NCBI GenBank assembly: GCA_963727895.1
Contig: CAVSHT010000009.1
Span: 288,001 to 352,000 of the forward strand
Direction: 5' to 3'
From: an uncultured Methanosarcinaceae archaeon
Lineage (GTDB): Archaea > Halobacteriota > Methanosarcinia > Methanosarcinales > Methanosarcinaceae
DNA length: 64,000 bases
In this document: positions 31,273-42,656 of the stretch, piece by piece
How the letters are laid out: every line of letters starts with the position of its first letter
Position numbering within the stretch: the first letter of the stretch is position 1
The notes under the pieces: generated by a model
Database searches by the model: none
The model's input: only the letters and a program-made list of their open reading frames with translations
Told to the model about the DNA's origin: nothing
Position numbers and translations under genes: made by a program

Positions 31273-32016
31273 ATGAAACCTGAAAAGCACAGTGAAATGT
31301 TAGACAACATAGAACTTGACATAGTGAAAAAATGTTTTGAATGGCTTTCTTCCCAACAAATTCAATCCGTAAAAGAACTTTCAAGTACCTTATCTGCACA
31401 CGCTCGATGGTCGCTTTCGAATCCTTATATAACTCGCCTGATCCTGAAACAGGAAAATGATGGTTCCTGGAACTCTTCAATTAGGGATACGGCTAGGGCA
31501 TGCTCAGCCCTTTCAACAGAAGGAGTCGTATTCATGGCTTCAGCAAAATGGCTGCTTGCCAGAAAAAAAGAGAATTTCTGGAATAAAGACGTTTATGATA
31601 CAGCTTATGCTGTTGCAGCTCTGGTAGATATGGGAACTCAGGATAAGGACGGATGCAACTGGCTGTATGAAAACTATTGCCCTGCCTGGGAACAGGTCGG
31701 CACTACGTCCCTTATCATTATAGCTCTCAAAAAACAGGAAAATCTGGCAAAAACCAAAACCTTTGAGACTTTTATCCGGGAAAAAGCCAAATGGATACTT
31801 TCAAAAAGAAGGCCAGAAGGAGGTTGGGAACATATTTCCACAAGCAACCTGGCAATTCAGGCCCTGCTTCTTGCAGGTTTTAAAGAAGAACTTGAAGCTT
31901 CAGTCCACTGGCTCCTTAAAAACGTTCACGAAACCGGAGCCTGGGGAAATAAGAAAGATGATATAAACGCTACTGCACTGACTCTGAGTACATTCGGGCT
32001 TTATAACAAGACTTGA
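31273..32016 (+). CDS. Prenyltransferase/squalene-cyclase-repeat (alpha/alpha toroid) protein
   Basis: QENDGSW, RRPEGGW, HETGAWG QW-like repeats. Confidence 0.65.
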   Translation: MKPEKHSEMLDNIELDIVKKCFEWLSSQQIQSVKELSSTLSAHARWSLSNPYITRLILKQENDGSWNSSIRDTARACSALSTEGVVFMASAKWLLARKKENFWNKDVYDTAYAVAALVDMGTQDKDGCNWLYENYCPAWEQVGTTSLIIIALKKQENLAKTKTFETFIREKAKWILSKRRPEGGWEHISTSNLAIQALLLAGFKEELEASVHWLLKNVHETGAWGNKKDDINATALTLSTFGLYNKT

Positions 32017-32158
32017 AAAAAAAAGTCCATCTTTGTTGTCTAAATTCTGTTTTTCAATTCTTATTTTACAACAACGAGTTATAGAAATTAATGATATATT
32101 ACAAACGCAAACGAAGATAAACAAAAATAAACGCAAGTAAATGAAATTTTGCGATTAC

Positions 32159-32219
<61 letters not shown>

Positions 32220-32347
32220 AGATTGTAAAAAATTATGTAAAAAATTAATTTCTTTTAAAAGAAGATCAAAATCTTATTTTTCTTTACACAAAGTCCGGTC
32301 TTTGAATTTCAGTGAATTCATTCAACTATTTTTCAATCTGATACTGT

Positions 32348-33229
32348 TTATTTGCAGACATCGTTTTTGGCATTTAGATAGGACTTACTTGCTATTTCCA
32401 TACTGCCTTCCATTTCAACAATACTCATATCAAAAGTCCGGGCATAATTTAAGACATTTTTGTCAAATTCCTCTCCTCTTGAGATCTTGTTACTGATTTT
32501 GACAACTTTTTTATAATGCTTTTTCAAAAAACGTTCATTAAAGTCAGAAGTGCCGTTAGATTCCATTCTCATTTCTTTCCAACTGGAAGCCCACATAGGG
32601 GTCAGGTATATCATACCTGTACCATTCCCACTCTGCATAACTTCAGCATAATTATCGTTGCCCCCAAGAGCTACGCTGATACAGTCATCCACAATTTCTC
32701 CTTTTTCATCTTTGAGAAAATAAAGAGAACAATGAAGATCTTTAAAATCCGCTTCCGTGTTCCTCAGCGAGTGCCCACAATTTCCATAGAAAATAAGAAT
32801 GCCATCTGAAAAAGCTGCCATTTTCTTAATATTTTGGTAGATTTCAGACCTTAAGAGTTCACAATCTGCATGCAGGCCAAGCTTCAGAGTGTTTACAACT
32901 ACAGTAGGCTTTTCTTTGCTCATTTCTTTACTTTTTCCTCTTATATTATTATGTATTTTCTTAAAAAATGGAAATTTCAATAAAATCTTCAGAAGATTCA
33001 TGGATACAGAATTATTTGTCTCTTTCAAAAAGGTAGATACCCTGTCCAAAGGAAAAAGTCTGGGCTGACAATTTCTGGATTTAAGCTTTCGAACAAACCT
33101 GAAACTTTGCCTGTTTTCAACTACGATTAATTGATTTAAGTCATGGTCTTTTGAAAGGACATATACAAGTTCATCTTCAAGCATTTCACAGGCAATTATG
33201 CTAAGTACAGGCATCGGCTCACCACTCAT
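32348..33229 (-). CDS. DUF1638 domain protein
   Basis: LSIIACEMLEDE, LGLH, ILIFYGNCG, VDDCISVALGG, YLTPMW. Confidence 0.85.
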   Translation of the reverse strand: MSGEPMPVLSIIACEMLEDELVYVLSKDHDLNQLIVVENRQSFRFVRKLKSRNCQPRLFPLDRVSTFLKETNNSVSMNLLKILLKFPFFKKIHNNIRGKSKEMSKEKPTVVVNTLKLGLHADCELLRSEIYQNIKKMAAFSDGILIFYGNCGHSLRNTEADFKDLHCSLYFLKDEKGEIVDDCISVALGGNDNYAEVMQSGNGTGMIYLTPMWASSWKEMRMESNGTSDFNERFLKKHYKKVVKISNKISRGEEFDKNVLNYARTFDMSIVEMEGSMEIASKSYLNAKNDVCK

Positions 33230-33268
33230 TTATAAATACAAAAAGTTTTTTCAACTATTTTGATTTGT

Positions 33269-34067
33269 CTAAATTTCCACTTTGAGTTCGTTATAACAAT
33301 CTTCAAAAATTTTCTGGTTACCATCATCGAATTCCAGGATTTCAAAATCAAACAATTCTGCAAATTCCCGAATAGAAGCATCGAAATTTTCAGTATATTC
33401 AAGCCCAGTATTAATCTTTGCAACTCTTTTGTAACCAATTATTTCGTGGGTCTTTTTCATTAATTTCAATGCTTTGGCAGGGTCTCTATTCAGCTTATCC
33501 AGTTCAAGTAATTCCCTCCAGCCCTTACTATACATGGGAGTAAAGAGGTATGTTCCAGCATCACTGACACTTTTGAGTATCCTCAGATAGTTCTTGACTC
33601 CTCCCACAGTAGCTCCTATGCAGTCATCTACAATCCTGTGATCTTTATCTTTAAGAATACGGACCGGGCATGAGATTGGACTATTTTCAAAATCTTTTTC
33701 AACGTCTCCCAAGTACATTTCCACATAAACCGTAAAAGAGCAAAATCCCCGAAGAAAAAGGAGCAAGAGTCTTTATGGTCTCATATACCTTAATTTTCAA
33801 CTCTTTAGGACTTCTATGAAGGCCCAGTTCCATCAGATGGATCAGAACCGTATATTTATTACATTCGCTTTTTATTTCGGGAAGTGAAGAAATATCTTCT
33901 AGGGAGAGTACTTTATACTGGAGGTTTACTTTATCCAGTTTTTCTATGAATTCCTGGATATTTTCATTATCAACTACAATGATCTCATCAATGGAAGAGT
34001 CATTTTCAAGAATCCAGACTATTTCGTCCTGCATTATCTTGCATGAAATAATACTCATAGTGGGCAT
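33269..34067 (-). pseudogene. DUF1638 domain protein, single frameshift
   Basis: MSIISCKIMQDE, LGLH, LFYGLCGN, then VDDCIGATVGG in another frame; extra base in the C-run at 33708-33710. Confidence 0.8.
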
Positions 34068-34141
34068 TGAAACATCTCCGTAAGTTATGCAAGAAAACCT
34101 AATTTTTTTCGAGCAATAGATTGATTATAGTAAGATAATAT

Positions 34142-34163
34142 ACTTACTTGCATATAAGTAAGT
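34142..34163. promoter_or_regulatory. Palindromic operator ACTTACTT-N6-AAGTAAGT upstream of the DUF1638 genes
   Basis: 21/22-identical second copy at 36734-36755. Confidence 0.75.
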
Positions 34164-34181
34164 TGTGGTTCGGAAAAAAAA

Positions 34182-34760
34182 TCAATCCTTCCATCCAAGG
34201 TCGGATTTAATTAGAGAAATAGATCTGACGAGTGTTTTCCTCCCTTTAATGCTAGATAGTTGCCTGGCACCCATTAAAGCTTCAACTACCAATTCTGCAC
34301 GTGCTTCTACAGAATCAGAGAAATTAAACTCCCCTTGTTCCAGACCTATTTCAAGAACTCTAGAAATCCATGTAAGGATATCATCCAGCAACAAAAGGTT
34401 TTGCTTTTTAACTTTCTCTGGAAGTTCGTCAAAATTGAGAATTACCGAGCCTGGAGGACAGATACTTTTGCCTTCATCAAACTCTTTCAACGCGTAATCA
34501 AAGTAGTACTGAAGCTGATCACGAGCTGAGCCCCCAGATTCCACAATCTGAGTAATATTCGCAGCTAAATTTTTCCTACTGTCTTCGAGCAAAGATGCAA
34601 CCAGATCTTCTTTTTTGGGATAATAGTTATGAATTGCTGCATTTTTTATTCCCAGTTTTTGAGAAATATCTTTGTAACTAAATCCATTATACCCTCTACA
34701 TTGCAAAAAATTCCTTGCATAATAGAGTATCTGTTGATTAGTCTGGTTTATCTCCTTCAT
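34182..34760 (-). CDS. TetR/AcrR family regulator
   Basis: RGYNGFSYKDISQKLGIKNAAIHNYYPKKEDL HTH. Confidence 0.92.
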   Translation of the reverse strand: MKEINQTNQQILYYARNFLQCRGYNGFSYKDISQKLGIKNAAIHNYYPKKEDLVASLLEDSRKNLAANITQIVESGGSARDQLQYYFDYALKEFDEGKSICPPGSVILNFDELPEKVKKQNLLLLDDILTWISRVLEIGLEQGEFNFSDSVEARAELVVEALMGARQLSSIKGRKTLVRSISLIKSDLGWKD

Positions 34761-34862
34761 AAAAACACTTGTACTCGCTAATAAGTTAATTGAATAGTGC
34801 TCATCAATATAAACTTAGTTCTTCGATTTATTAGATAAGAAATATTGTTGTTTTTTCATACA

Positions 34863-35875
34863 TCAACTGTCAAGTTCTTGGCAAGCCCAAAGTGCCATAT
34901 TCCGAATATTTTGGTCAGGATCTTTTACAGCTTCCTGGATATATTTATAATATTTATGATCTCCACTATTTACCATAGCCCTCAAAGCATTAAACTTCCA
35001 TATCCATAAGCCATCCTGTCCGATATACCAGAACCTAGGCTGAACTATTTCAAGGAAAGTTTTTTCGTCCATTTTCCATATATTTTCTAGTGAGAGATAT
35101 TGTGTTACATCAGGAAGGCCAGCAAAATCCTCTTTTTCTTCCCATTTGTTCTTATTCTTTGGACATACGTTCTGACAGACATCGCATCCATATATCCAGA
35201 TTCCCATTTTTTTTCTTGATTCCTCAGTCTGCAAGTCAATCCCATTAGTTAGTTGAGCAATGCACTTTCCTCTATTCATTGATAGAGGCTTGTTTAAAGC
35301 TCCAGTGGGACAGGAGTCGATACATTTGTTACAGCTTTCAGGACAATTTAATGAATTTGTTGGCTCATCGTATTCCATTTCAGAGTCGATTACCCAAGTG
35401 TCGATAAAGACCTATGATCCATACTTCTTTGTGTAAAAAAAAGTATTTTTCCCGAAACGCCCCAGGCCAGCACTAACTGCTGCCAAACGAGCAGGGACAA
35501 TAGAATAAGCAGTTTTAAGCCCTAAAGCATTCAGATAAGTTTCAAATTCAGTTTTTCGGGAGTATTCTTTTGAGTGCTTAAGTCTTCCATCAACCAGATA
35601 AGCTTTTCCTATATATTCATCAAGTCCTTCAGGAATATTGTATTTCCCATATCTCCTTACACAAACGACAATTGATTTAGCCCATTCTACATTTTTTGTG
35701 GAAAAGCCATTGGATAGAGACTGTCATATAATTCACGCGATTCAGGAAAACTCTTAATTCTTTCATCAAGCTGTGATGCATATTCTTCCATCAAATCTAC
35801 ACTTGTAATTCCACAAAAATCATAACCTATTTCCAAAGCTTTCTTCTTGACACTTGATAGATTGACATTACTCAA
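34863..35875 (-). pseudogene. Epoxyqueuosine reductase (QueG)-like cobalamin/[4Fe-4S] protein, disrupted
   Basis: GYDFCGIT, ARLAAVSAGLGRFGKN, YGS*V (TGG>TAG at 35412-35414), CPESCNKCIDSCPTG, YGCDVCQNVCP; frameshift at the T6 run 35692-35697. Confidence 0.8.
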
Positions 35876-35955
35876 CTTAATAGTCCTCCTGGTGATTCAG
35901 TACTTAAAGCAGGTTCTAAGACTTTAGCTTAATTATTTGAATAATTGAAATTTTA

Positions 35956-36694
35956 GGCATTGTTACTTAAATATATCTAGTTCTTTATTTCTGTATTTCA
36001 TCAATAGAATAACCGAGTACTTTAGCATTTCAAGACTCTTCGTATAACACTTTGTCTTTCTTCTCAACCTTGCCAAAAAGTGCTACAATATGCTGTTATA
36101 TCCCTCAACTGTAAATGTTTCTGCTTTGGATTGAGTATGACTCTTTTCTGGAAGAAACTCTGCATATGCCCTCCAGTGATCTGTCATCACTTCTCCAATC
36201 TCTTTTTCTTCAATTTTTCCCAGAGTAGTTTTCCAGTTTCCGTTCCTCTGCTGCCAAAAGAGCAGTTGATGAACTTTTTCCCAACTCTATCAATAGCAAT
36301 CCAGATACAGCAATATTTTTTTTGTTACCGATGTAAGTGTGCATCTCATCCATTTCAACAATAGATATCTCATTTTCACTTTTTAGGTTCTCTCACTCTT
36401 GACCAAATTTCTTTATCCATTTTTGGACAGAAACATGACTTACCCCTAAAAATCGTCCTATTGAGCGAAAGCCCAATCCTTCAAGGTAAAGTTGTAAAGC
36501 CTGTCTTTTTACAGAAGCGGAAAAAGCAGTTGATTTTAGCTCTACTGTATAGTTATAGCCACAATCATGACATTTGTAGCGTTGACGCCCACCAACTATA
36601 CCGTTCTTTTTGTGACTGGAACTATTGCATCTTGGGCAGTTCACGCAGAAATATACTTTCTAATAGTATATAACTATGTTTAAGTATCAATGAC
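35956..36694 (-). mobile_element. IS1-family element copy 5 (nonsense mutations)
   Basis: Inverted copy; TSD AAATTTTA/AAATTTCA (7/8); premature TGA and TAG. Confidence 0.92.
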
Positions 36695-36733
36695 AAATTT
36701 CATATTCAAAATTTATCCGTTATATAAGTAAAC

Positions 36734-36755
36734 ACTTACTTGCAGATAAGTAAGT
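36734..36755. promoter_or_regulatory. Second copy of operator ACTTACTT-N6-AAGTAAGT (original queG-like promoter region)
   Basis: Matches 34142-34163; separated from the gene by IS1 copy 5. Confidence 0.72.
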
Positions 36756-36939
36756 AGCGGTTTAAATAATTAATCGCTTAATTCTTACCCACATCTCATC
36801 CCTTCTTAGCGAAGCAAAGCATAACTAAATAACAGTAAGTTACCATAATGCAATTCAACTGTCGTTCTATGAAAAGGTCCCGTACTCCCCAGACGGGATT
36901 CGAGCTGGATTTAAACAGAAATCCGGCTAACTATAATAC

Positions 36940-37515
36940 TCACGAATTGAGCTTATTCAAAAGCCATGCCATATTCTGACCCAAAGTCTGCATGGTCTGA
37001 ATACCTTCTTCGTCTTTCTCAACATCCCCTTCAGCAAGTCCTATTCCCATATTCCAGTAGCTGGATCCTGGGATTATCATCTGGGAAATAGTGAAGAAAT
37101 GGTTTATTGAGTCAAAAACATGAATAGATCCTGCTCTTCTTACTGCAACGACTGCTGCTCCTACTTTATGCTTGAACATTTCGTTATTTGCTTTAGCAAC
37201 AAAACCTGCTCTATCGATCAGGGCTTTAAGTTCTGGAGTTAAGTCTGCAAAATAAGTAGGTGAAGCTAGAATTAGACCATCGGCTTCGATCATTTTTTCA
37301 ATACATTCATTGACGATGTCCTTGTCGTTTATACATCCCTTGTCCATTTTTTCGTAGCATTTTCCACAGGCTGTACAACCGTGGATTCTTTTTCCTCCAA
37401 CCTGAACAGCTTCTGTTTCAATTCCCTCTTTCTCAAGTTCTGCAAGGACATATTTTATAAGAGAGGCTGTATTTCCGTCCTTTCTCGGGCTTCCATTAAA
37501 CGCGACAACTTTCAT
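36940..37515 (-). CDS. Iron-sulfur flavoprotein (Isf)/flavodoxin family
   Basis: [35 protein letters not shown]. Confidence 0.92.
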   Translation of the reverse strand: MKVVAFNGSPRKDGNTASLIKYVLAELEKEGIETEAVQVGGKRIHGCTACGKCYEKMDKGCINDKDIVNECIEKMIEADGLILASPTYFADLTPELKALIDRAGFVAKANNEMFKHKVGAAVVAVRRAGSIHVFDSINHFFTISQMIIPGSSYWNMGIGLAEGDVEKDEEGIQTMQTLGQNMAWLLNKLNS

Positions 37516-37804
37516 CTATTCATTCCTCCAGTATATTGCCTTTACTCCTTTACCTTTACTTTATCCCATTCTATATATTTACTTCATCTTTCATTCTTTG
37601 AGATCATTTTTTCATTCGTTCCTTTTCAGATATTTTCCTATATTCCAGGCAGCTCCGGCATGATAATTAAAATAAACTAGATTTGCCACATTTAAACAAA
37701 TTACATCTGTGGGAAAATCATATTCAGGTAAATCAAATTTGAATAAATCACGTTCATTAATTACAGTCAAAGAATTCAAAATTGAATAAACTATATTTGA
37801 AAAA

Positions 37805-38095
37805 TTACAGTGCTTTTCTGTATACATTAACTTCAAAGTCTTTTTCAATGCACTCTGAAAGTAGAGAAGATATCTTATTAAAAGGATCAGAATTTAAATG
37901 TTCATCCAGGCTTTTTTCATCTTCCCATTCTTCAAAAAATGTCAAAACTTCTGGGTTTTCCAAATCCTGATACAGCCCATAATCTATGCAGCCTTTGTCT
38001 TTTAACGATGATTCCACAAGTTTTTTGCATAAACACATAAATTCTTGAACCTTTTCAGGCTTGACATATTTTTTAGCAACTACTCTTATTGTCAA
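37805..38095 (-). CDS. ABM-domain putative quinol monooxygenase
   Basis: VKPEK..EF, GCIDYGLYQD, FFEEWEDEKSLDEHLNS; GGTGA RBS before TTG 38095. Confidence 0.85.
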   Translation of the reverse strand: MTIRVVAKKYVKPEKVQEFMCLCKKLVESSLKDKGCIDYGLYQDLENPEVLTFFEEWEDEKSLDEHLNSDPFNKISSLLSECIEKDFEVNVYRKAL

Positions 38096-38236
38096 ATAAA
38101 TCACCAATTTTTAGTAATATTTTATTTTGAATTCCCACACTTATTGTGCTTTCCCGACACTTTTTCTGTAAGGAAATTAGCTTGGAAAAATGTTGTATTT
38201 TTTTGTATTTGCCTTCGTTATGACTTCACTCAATCT

Positions 38237-38761
38237 TCACTCAATCTTCTGACCATATACATTGTGGGATATTTTTTCCTTATCAAACCTGTCTTCAGGA
38301 CCTGGTTTCTGGTTAGGGTAACCTACAGGCACAAGAGCCAGAGGAATTACGTTTTCAGGCAAACCAAATGTTTTCCGGAAACCTTCAACCCGATCTTTCA
38401 TCGGATAAATTCCAGTCCAGACTGCTCCAAGCCCAACATCATGAGCAGCAAGCAAAAGGTTTTGAGTAGCTGCTGAACAGTCCTGAACCCAGTATCCTGG
38501 AACCTTTTCAAGTGTCAAATCTCCACACACAAGAATTGCAAGAGAAGCTTCCCTGCACATGTTTGCATATGGACTGAAGGTAGGAATTTCGTCAAGGAGC
38601 TTTCTGTCATCGACAACGATGAATATCCAAGGCTGGGCGTTGACAGCAGATGGAGCGCTCATTGCAGCCCTGAGTATTTCAGTAACAAGTTCTTCCGGAA
38701 CTGGTCGGTCTGTGTATTTTCTAATACTTCTCCTGGTATGAATTGCTTCAAGAGTTTCCAT
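38237..38761 (-). CDS. Nitroreductase family protein
   Basis: RRSIRKY, APSAVNAQPW, QDCSAATQNLLLAAHDVGLGAVW. Confidence 0.93.
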   Translation of the reverse strand: METLEAIHTRRSIRKYTDRPVPEELVTEILRAAMSAPSAVNAQPWIFIVVDDRKLLDEIPTFSPYANMCREASLAILVCGDLTLEKVPGYWVQDCSAATQNLLLAAHDVGLGAVWTGIYPMKDRVEGFRKTFGLPENVIPLALVPVGYPNQKPGPEDRFDKEKISHNVYGQKIE

Positions 38762-38777
38762 ATTCAGATTCCACCTA

Positions 38778-40601
38778 TAGTCACCACTTTAAATAATGCG
38801 ACATTTTATATTTAAATGTATGTTTCTCCCAAAATTCATTCACTTCTTCCTTTAATGCTTCAATATTTTTAAATGATTTTATTGACGTTAAGTTTTCTCT
38901 TGTCACTTTCCAACAGTATTCTGTTGGGTTCCTATCTGGAGTAGCTGGAGGGAAAAGTATTATTGGCTTTGATACTTAAACATAGTTATATACTATTAGA
39001 AAGTATATTTCTTCATGAACTGCCCCAGATGCAATAGTTCCAGTCACAAAAAGAACGGTATAGTTGGCGGGCGTCAACGGTACAAATGCTCTGATTGTGG
39101 CTATAACTATACAGTAGAGCTAAAATCAACTGCTTTTTCCGCTTTTGTAAAAAGACAGGCTTTACAACTCTATCTTGAAGGATTGGGCTTTCGTTCAATA
39201 GGACGATTTTTAGGGGTGAGTCATGTTTCTGTCCAAAGATGGATAAAGAAATTTGGTCAGGAGTTAGAGGACCTAAAAAGTGAAAATGAGATATCTATTG
39301 TTGAAATGGATGAAATGCACACTTACATCGGTAACAAAAAAAATATTGCTGGATCTGGATTGCTGTTGATAGAGTTGGGAAAAAGTTCATCAACTGCTCT
39401 TTTGGTAGCAGAGGAACAGAAACTGGAAAACTACTCTGGGAAAAAGTGAAGAAAAAAGAGATTGGAGAAGTAATGACAGATCACTGGAGAGCATATGCAG
39501 AGTTTCTTCCAGAAAAGAGTCATACTCAATCAAAAGCAGAAACATTTACAGTTGAGGGATATAACAGCATATTGAGGCATTTTCTAGCAAGATTGAGAAG
39601 AAAGACAAAGTGTTATACAAAAAGTCTTGAAATGCTAAAGTACTCGGTTATTCTATTGATGAAATACAGAAATAAAGAGTTAACTATGTTTAATTAACAA
39701 TGCCGTATTATTTTCAACCAATGCTTATTATTTTGATAAAATTCCTTTGCCTTTGCTGATCTATGCCATGTAGCTCTGTCCAGTAAAAGAAATATCCTTG
39801 CCCCTATATCTCTTTGAAACTTGATTAATGATTTTAAGTAAGAGTCTGTATTCTGTGTAATTCCTAAATCATACCAATAAAATTCTCCATTTTCAGTGTA
39901 AAATCCTCCAATATTGATTTTTGCTTTTGAACCACTTGTAAATTTAATAGGTTTTGAGCCCTTTATTGCCCAACATCTTGATCTATTTGAATCCACACAA
40001 AAATTACTTTCATCATGGGTAACGAATAAATGATTAGGGTTTAGTAATCTGTTTTTTGGACTTCTCTTATAAATTCATTTTTAAGCACCTCATTTCTTCT
40101 TTTAGATTGAGGTCGACATGTGATTTTTCTCAACCCTAAATTTTTTAAAATTTGTCTCATTCTTGATTTGGAATAAGATACTCCAAATTTTTCCTTGACA
40201 AATTGAACTGCATCTTTTGTTTGCCAACCACGAGAATAAACATCATCTGTTGGTATAGGTTCTAAAAATGCCTCTCTTAACTCAGATAATTGTTCTGCAG
40301 TTAAAAAAGACTTGATTCCTCGACCAGGTTTACATTTTAGGCTAAACAAACCGTCGGTTTCAGCTCGTTTTATCCAGCGATGAACAGTTGAACGGTGAAC
40401 TGAAAAATCGTCGGCAACTTTAGCGGGACTCAAACCATTTTTGACCAATAATAAGGCTTGAAGTTTAATCTGTTCGTTTTTGTTACAGGAATTTATGATA
40501 GCTGTGGAAATATCAAAAGTTGTAAACATTTCCAAACTCATATATAAAATTATATACTAGTTTCAGGTATAAGAATGTTGCAGTAAATACAGAGGTGACT
40601 A
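38778..40601 (-). mobile_element. IS630-family element (~1.08 kb) interrupted by IS1 copy 6
   Basis: Ends TAGTCACC.../...GGTGACTA flanked by TA; HTH ORF 40041-40541, -1 shift at CAAAAAAC, DDE motifs THDES, LLDRATWH and, beyond the IS1, PPATPDRNPTEYCW. Confidence 0.9.
38965..39704 (+). mobile_element. IS1-family element copy 6 (apparently identical to copy 1), nested in the IS630 transposase
   Basis: TSD GTATTATT; identical ORF translations and IRs to 7366-8105. Confidence 0.95.
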
Positions 40602-40710
40602 TATTTACTCCTGAAAAGTATGAGAGAGGAAATCTTCTCCAGATTCATCTCTCCGATTTTATTAGATTTCAGTTTTGTATTTTTCCAGACTTTACTTATT
40701 TTATCTATGT

Positions 40711-41277
40711 TCACTTTAACAGGTTAAGACCTGCATTCTTCGCTTTTTCCATGAGCTCAGCATCATTCTTAACCTCTCCAGGCGCATGATAACCAATTCC
40801 TACAAGGATATCCTTTACATCTGCCTGCATGAAACCGGAAATTTGACCTTTGAATTCCTCATAGACCCCTTTGAAAGCTTCAGGGTCAGGAGCTCCCTGA
40901 GTTCCTACAATTATTGCTTTTTTTCCGGCAGAAAGACGGGGAGAGAAGTCTGCATTTATAAGGGAATAACAGCGGTCAAGGAAGAGCCTCATCTGACCTG
41001 TAAACTGACCAAAATAAATAGGAGAACCAAAAACAACTCCATCTGCTGATGCAAGTTCATCAAATACTTCTGTAAGATCATCTTCAAGCTTGCATTTATC
41101 ATGACTCTTACAGTATCCGCAACCCTGACAACCTCTGTAGTTCATTTCGTTGAGAATAAATGTTTTGGTTTCAGCTCCTGATTCTGCTGCGCCTTCCAGA
41201 ACCTGCTGGACAAGAATATTCGTATTTCCATTCTTTCGGGGACTTCCAACAATACCTATAACTTTCATTTTATTCAT
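40711..41277 (-). CDS. Iron-sulfur flavoprotein (Isf)/flavodoxin family
   Basis: VGSPRKNGNT, CQGCGYC..C, GSPIYFG. Confidence 0.9.
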   Translation of the reverse strand: MNKMKVIGIVGSPRKNGNTNILVQQVLEGAAESGAETKTFILNEMNYRGCQGCGYCKSHDKCKLEDDLTEVFDELASADGVVFGSPIYFGQFTGQMRLFLDRCYSLINADFSPRLSAGKKAIIVGTQGAPDPEAFKGVYEEFKGQISGFMQADVKDILVGIGYHAPGEVKNDAELMEKAKNAGLNLLK

Positions 41278-41301
41278 GCCTCTTATTTTTGAAACTGGAT
41301 T

Positions 41302-41370
41302 TAACCTCAATTTAGGTTTAACTTTAATTTTAGGCTTATTTTAGGTTTAACTTTAATTTAGGTCTAACCT
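41302..41370 (+). repeat. Imperfect tandem repeats of TTTAGGTTTAACTTTAA in the isf leader
   Basis: Directly visible, 3-4 degenerate units. Confidence 0.6.
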
Positions 41371-41512
41371 GAGTTTACTTTTCTTTGAACATATACCAGA
41401 TCGATTTTTCAATTTAGTCTGGGTTTTTAAGAAAATGTATTTATTGACATCTTATTTACAGTAAATATATTTGGTAACTATACTTATATACTATACATGC
41501 AATTGGGATACT

Positions 41513-41532
41513 AACTAACAAAGAAGATAGTT
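41513..41532. promoter_or_regulatory. Possible HxlR-family operator AACTAAC-N6-GATAGTT
   Basis: Imperfect palindrome in the divergent isf/hxlR promoter region. Confidence 0.35.
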
Positions 41533-41555
41533 ATTGGAGCATATGGTGAAAGGAA

Positions 41556-41894
41556 ATGAGGAATAACAAACACTATCAATGTCCTGTAGAAGCAACCTTG
41601 GAAGTAATCGGAGGAAAATGGAAGCCTATTATTCTTTGGCATTTGAAAACAGAAAAACTGCGTTTTTCCGCACTCCAGCAAAGCATGCAGGGTATTTCAC
41701 CTAAAATGCTTACGAAACAGCTCAGAGAACTCGAAGAAAATGGGCTCGTCCTCAGAGAAATTTATCCTGAAATTCCTCCAAAAGTTGAATACTCACTAAC
41801 CGAATTCGGAAAGACAGTGCTTCCGGTCCTGGACGCTCTATGCAACTGGGGAATTGAGTACCTTGGAAGAGAATGTACACTGGATAAGCAGTAA
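41556..41894 (+). CDS. HxlR/DUF24-family winged-helix regulator (Cys redox-sensor type)
   Basis: CPVEATLEVIGGKWK, GISPKMLTKQLRELE, PPKVEYSLTEFG. Confidence 0.93.
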   Translation: MRNNKHYQCPVEATLEVIGGKWKPIILWHLKTEKLRFSALQQSMQGISPKMLTKQLRELEENGLVLREIYPEIPPKVEYSLTEFGKTVLPVLDALCNWGIEYLGRECTLDKQ

Positions 41895-42656
41895 TAGTCT
41901 GGCAGAAAATAGATTTGAGTGTAGGAGCAGGATATAATACAGAGAAATAGAGGCACTGTAAAAAGTTATTTGAAAAATTTATAAATTAAAAGAAATTTTT
42001 ATGCAGTAAATCCCATCTCAAAATATTACTATTCCCCAAAAAAATTGATTTTAAATATGTAAGATTTTCGAATTACCGTCTGATATTATAATATCAATAC
42101 AAGTTAATCATTTTTCTCCCTGTATAGATCTTTTTCTAAAAATCCTTACGGTAAAAAAACTATTATAATTTATTTTATTAACCTGGACCAATTGGTTATT
42201 GTAGAATCCAAAATTAATAATTTTCAAGAGCCACATGCTCATGTATTCATTCACTTAACTTTTTGATTTCCCCATATCAGGTTGGCTGTGAGCAAAATAC
42301 TTATTTTTCTGTAAAATTATGCTTTTCAAAAAATTGATAGTATGAAATTCTAATTAAGAACACAGAATTAATTTTTAGCACATAAAAATTAACTTTACAC
42401 TTACAGTAAATAACCTAAAATAAATAAAAGTAAATCCTATTTATATTCTATAGCATTGAATTTTGCTTTTTATCCAGAAGATTTAACAATTAAAAAACAC
42501 GCCACTAAGTAAAGTTAGAAAATTTAAGAATATTCCTTCATGAATACTTAAGAGTATTCTAAAACTTATAAAAGTTAGATTCCTGAATTATCAGTAAATA
42601 GAAAGGAATAGAAAGTCACCGAAACATCGAAAATCGGGAGATCCCAGGTTAAACGT

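Noticed and set aside
35412..35414. Programmed pyrrolysine codon in the QueG-like gene
   Set aside because: It falls at the YGSW tryptophan position (TGG>TAG) and the gene also has an upstream frameshift; simple nonsense decay is more likely
36877..36928. tRNA 3' remnant / att site (TCGAATCCCGTC on the minus strand)
   Set aside because: No GTTC T-loop context or cloverleaf; better explained as two hairpins downstream of the isf stop
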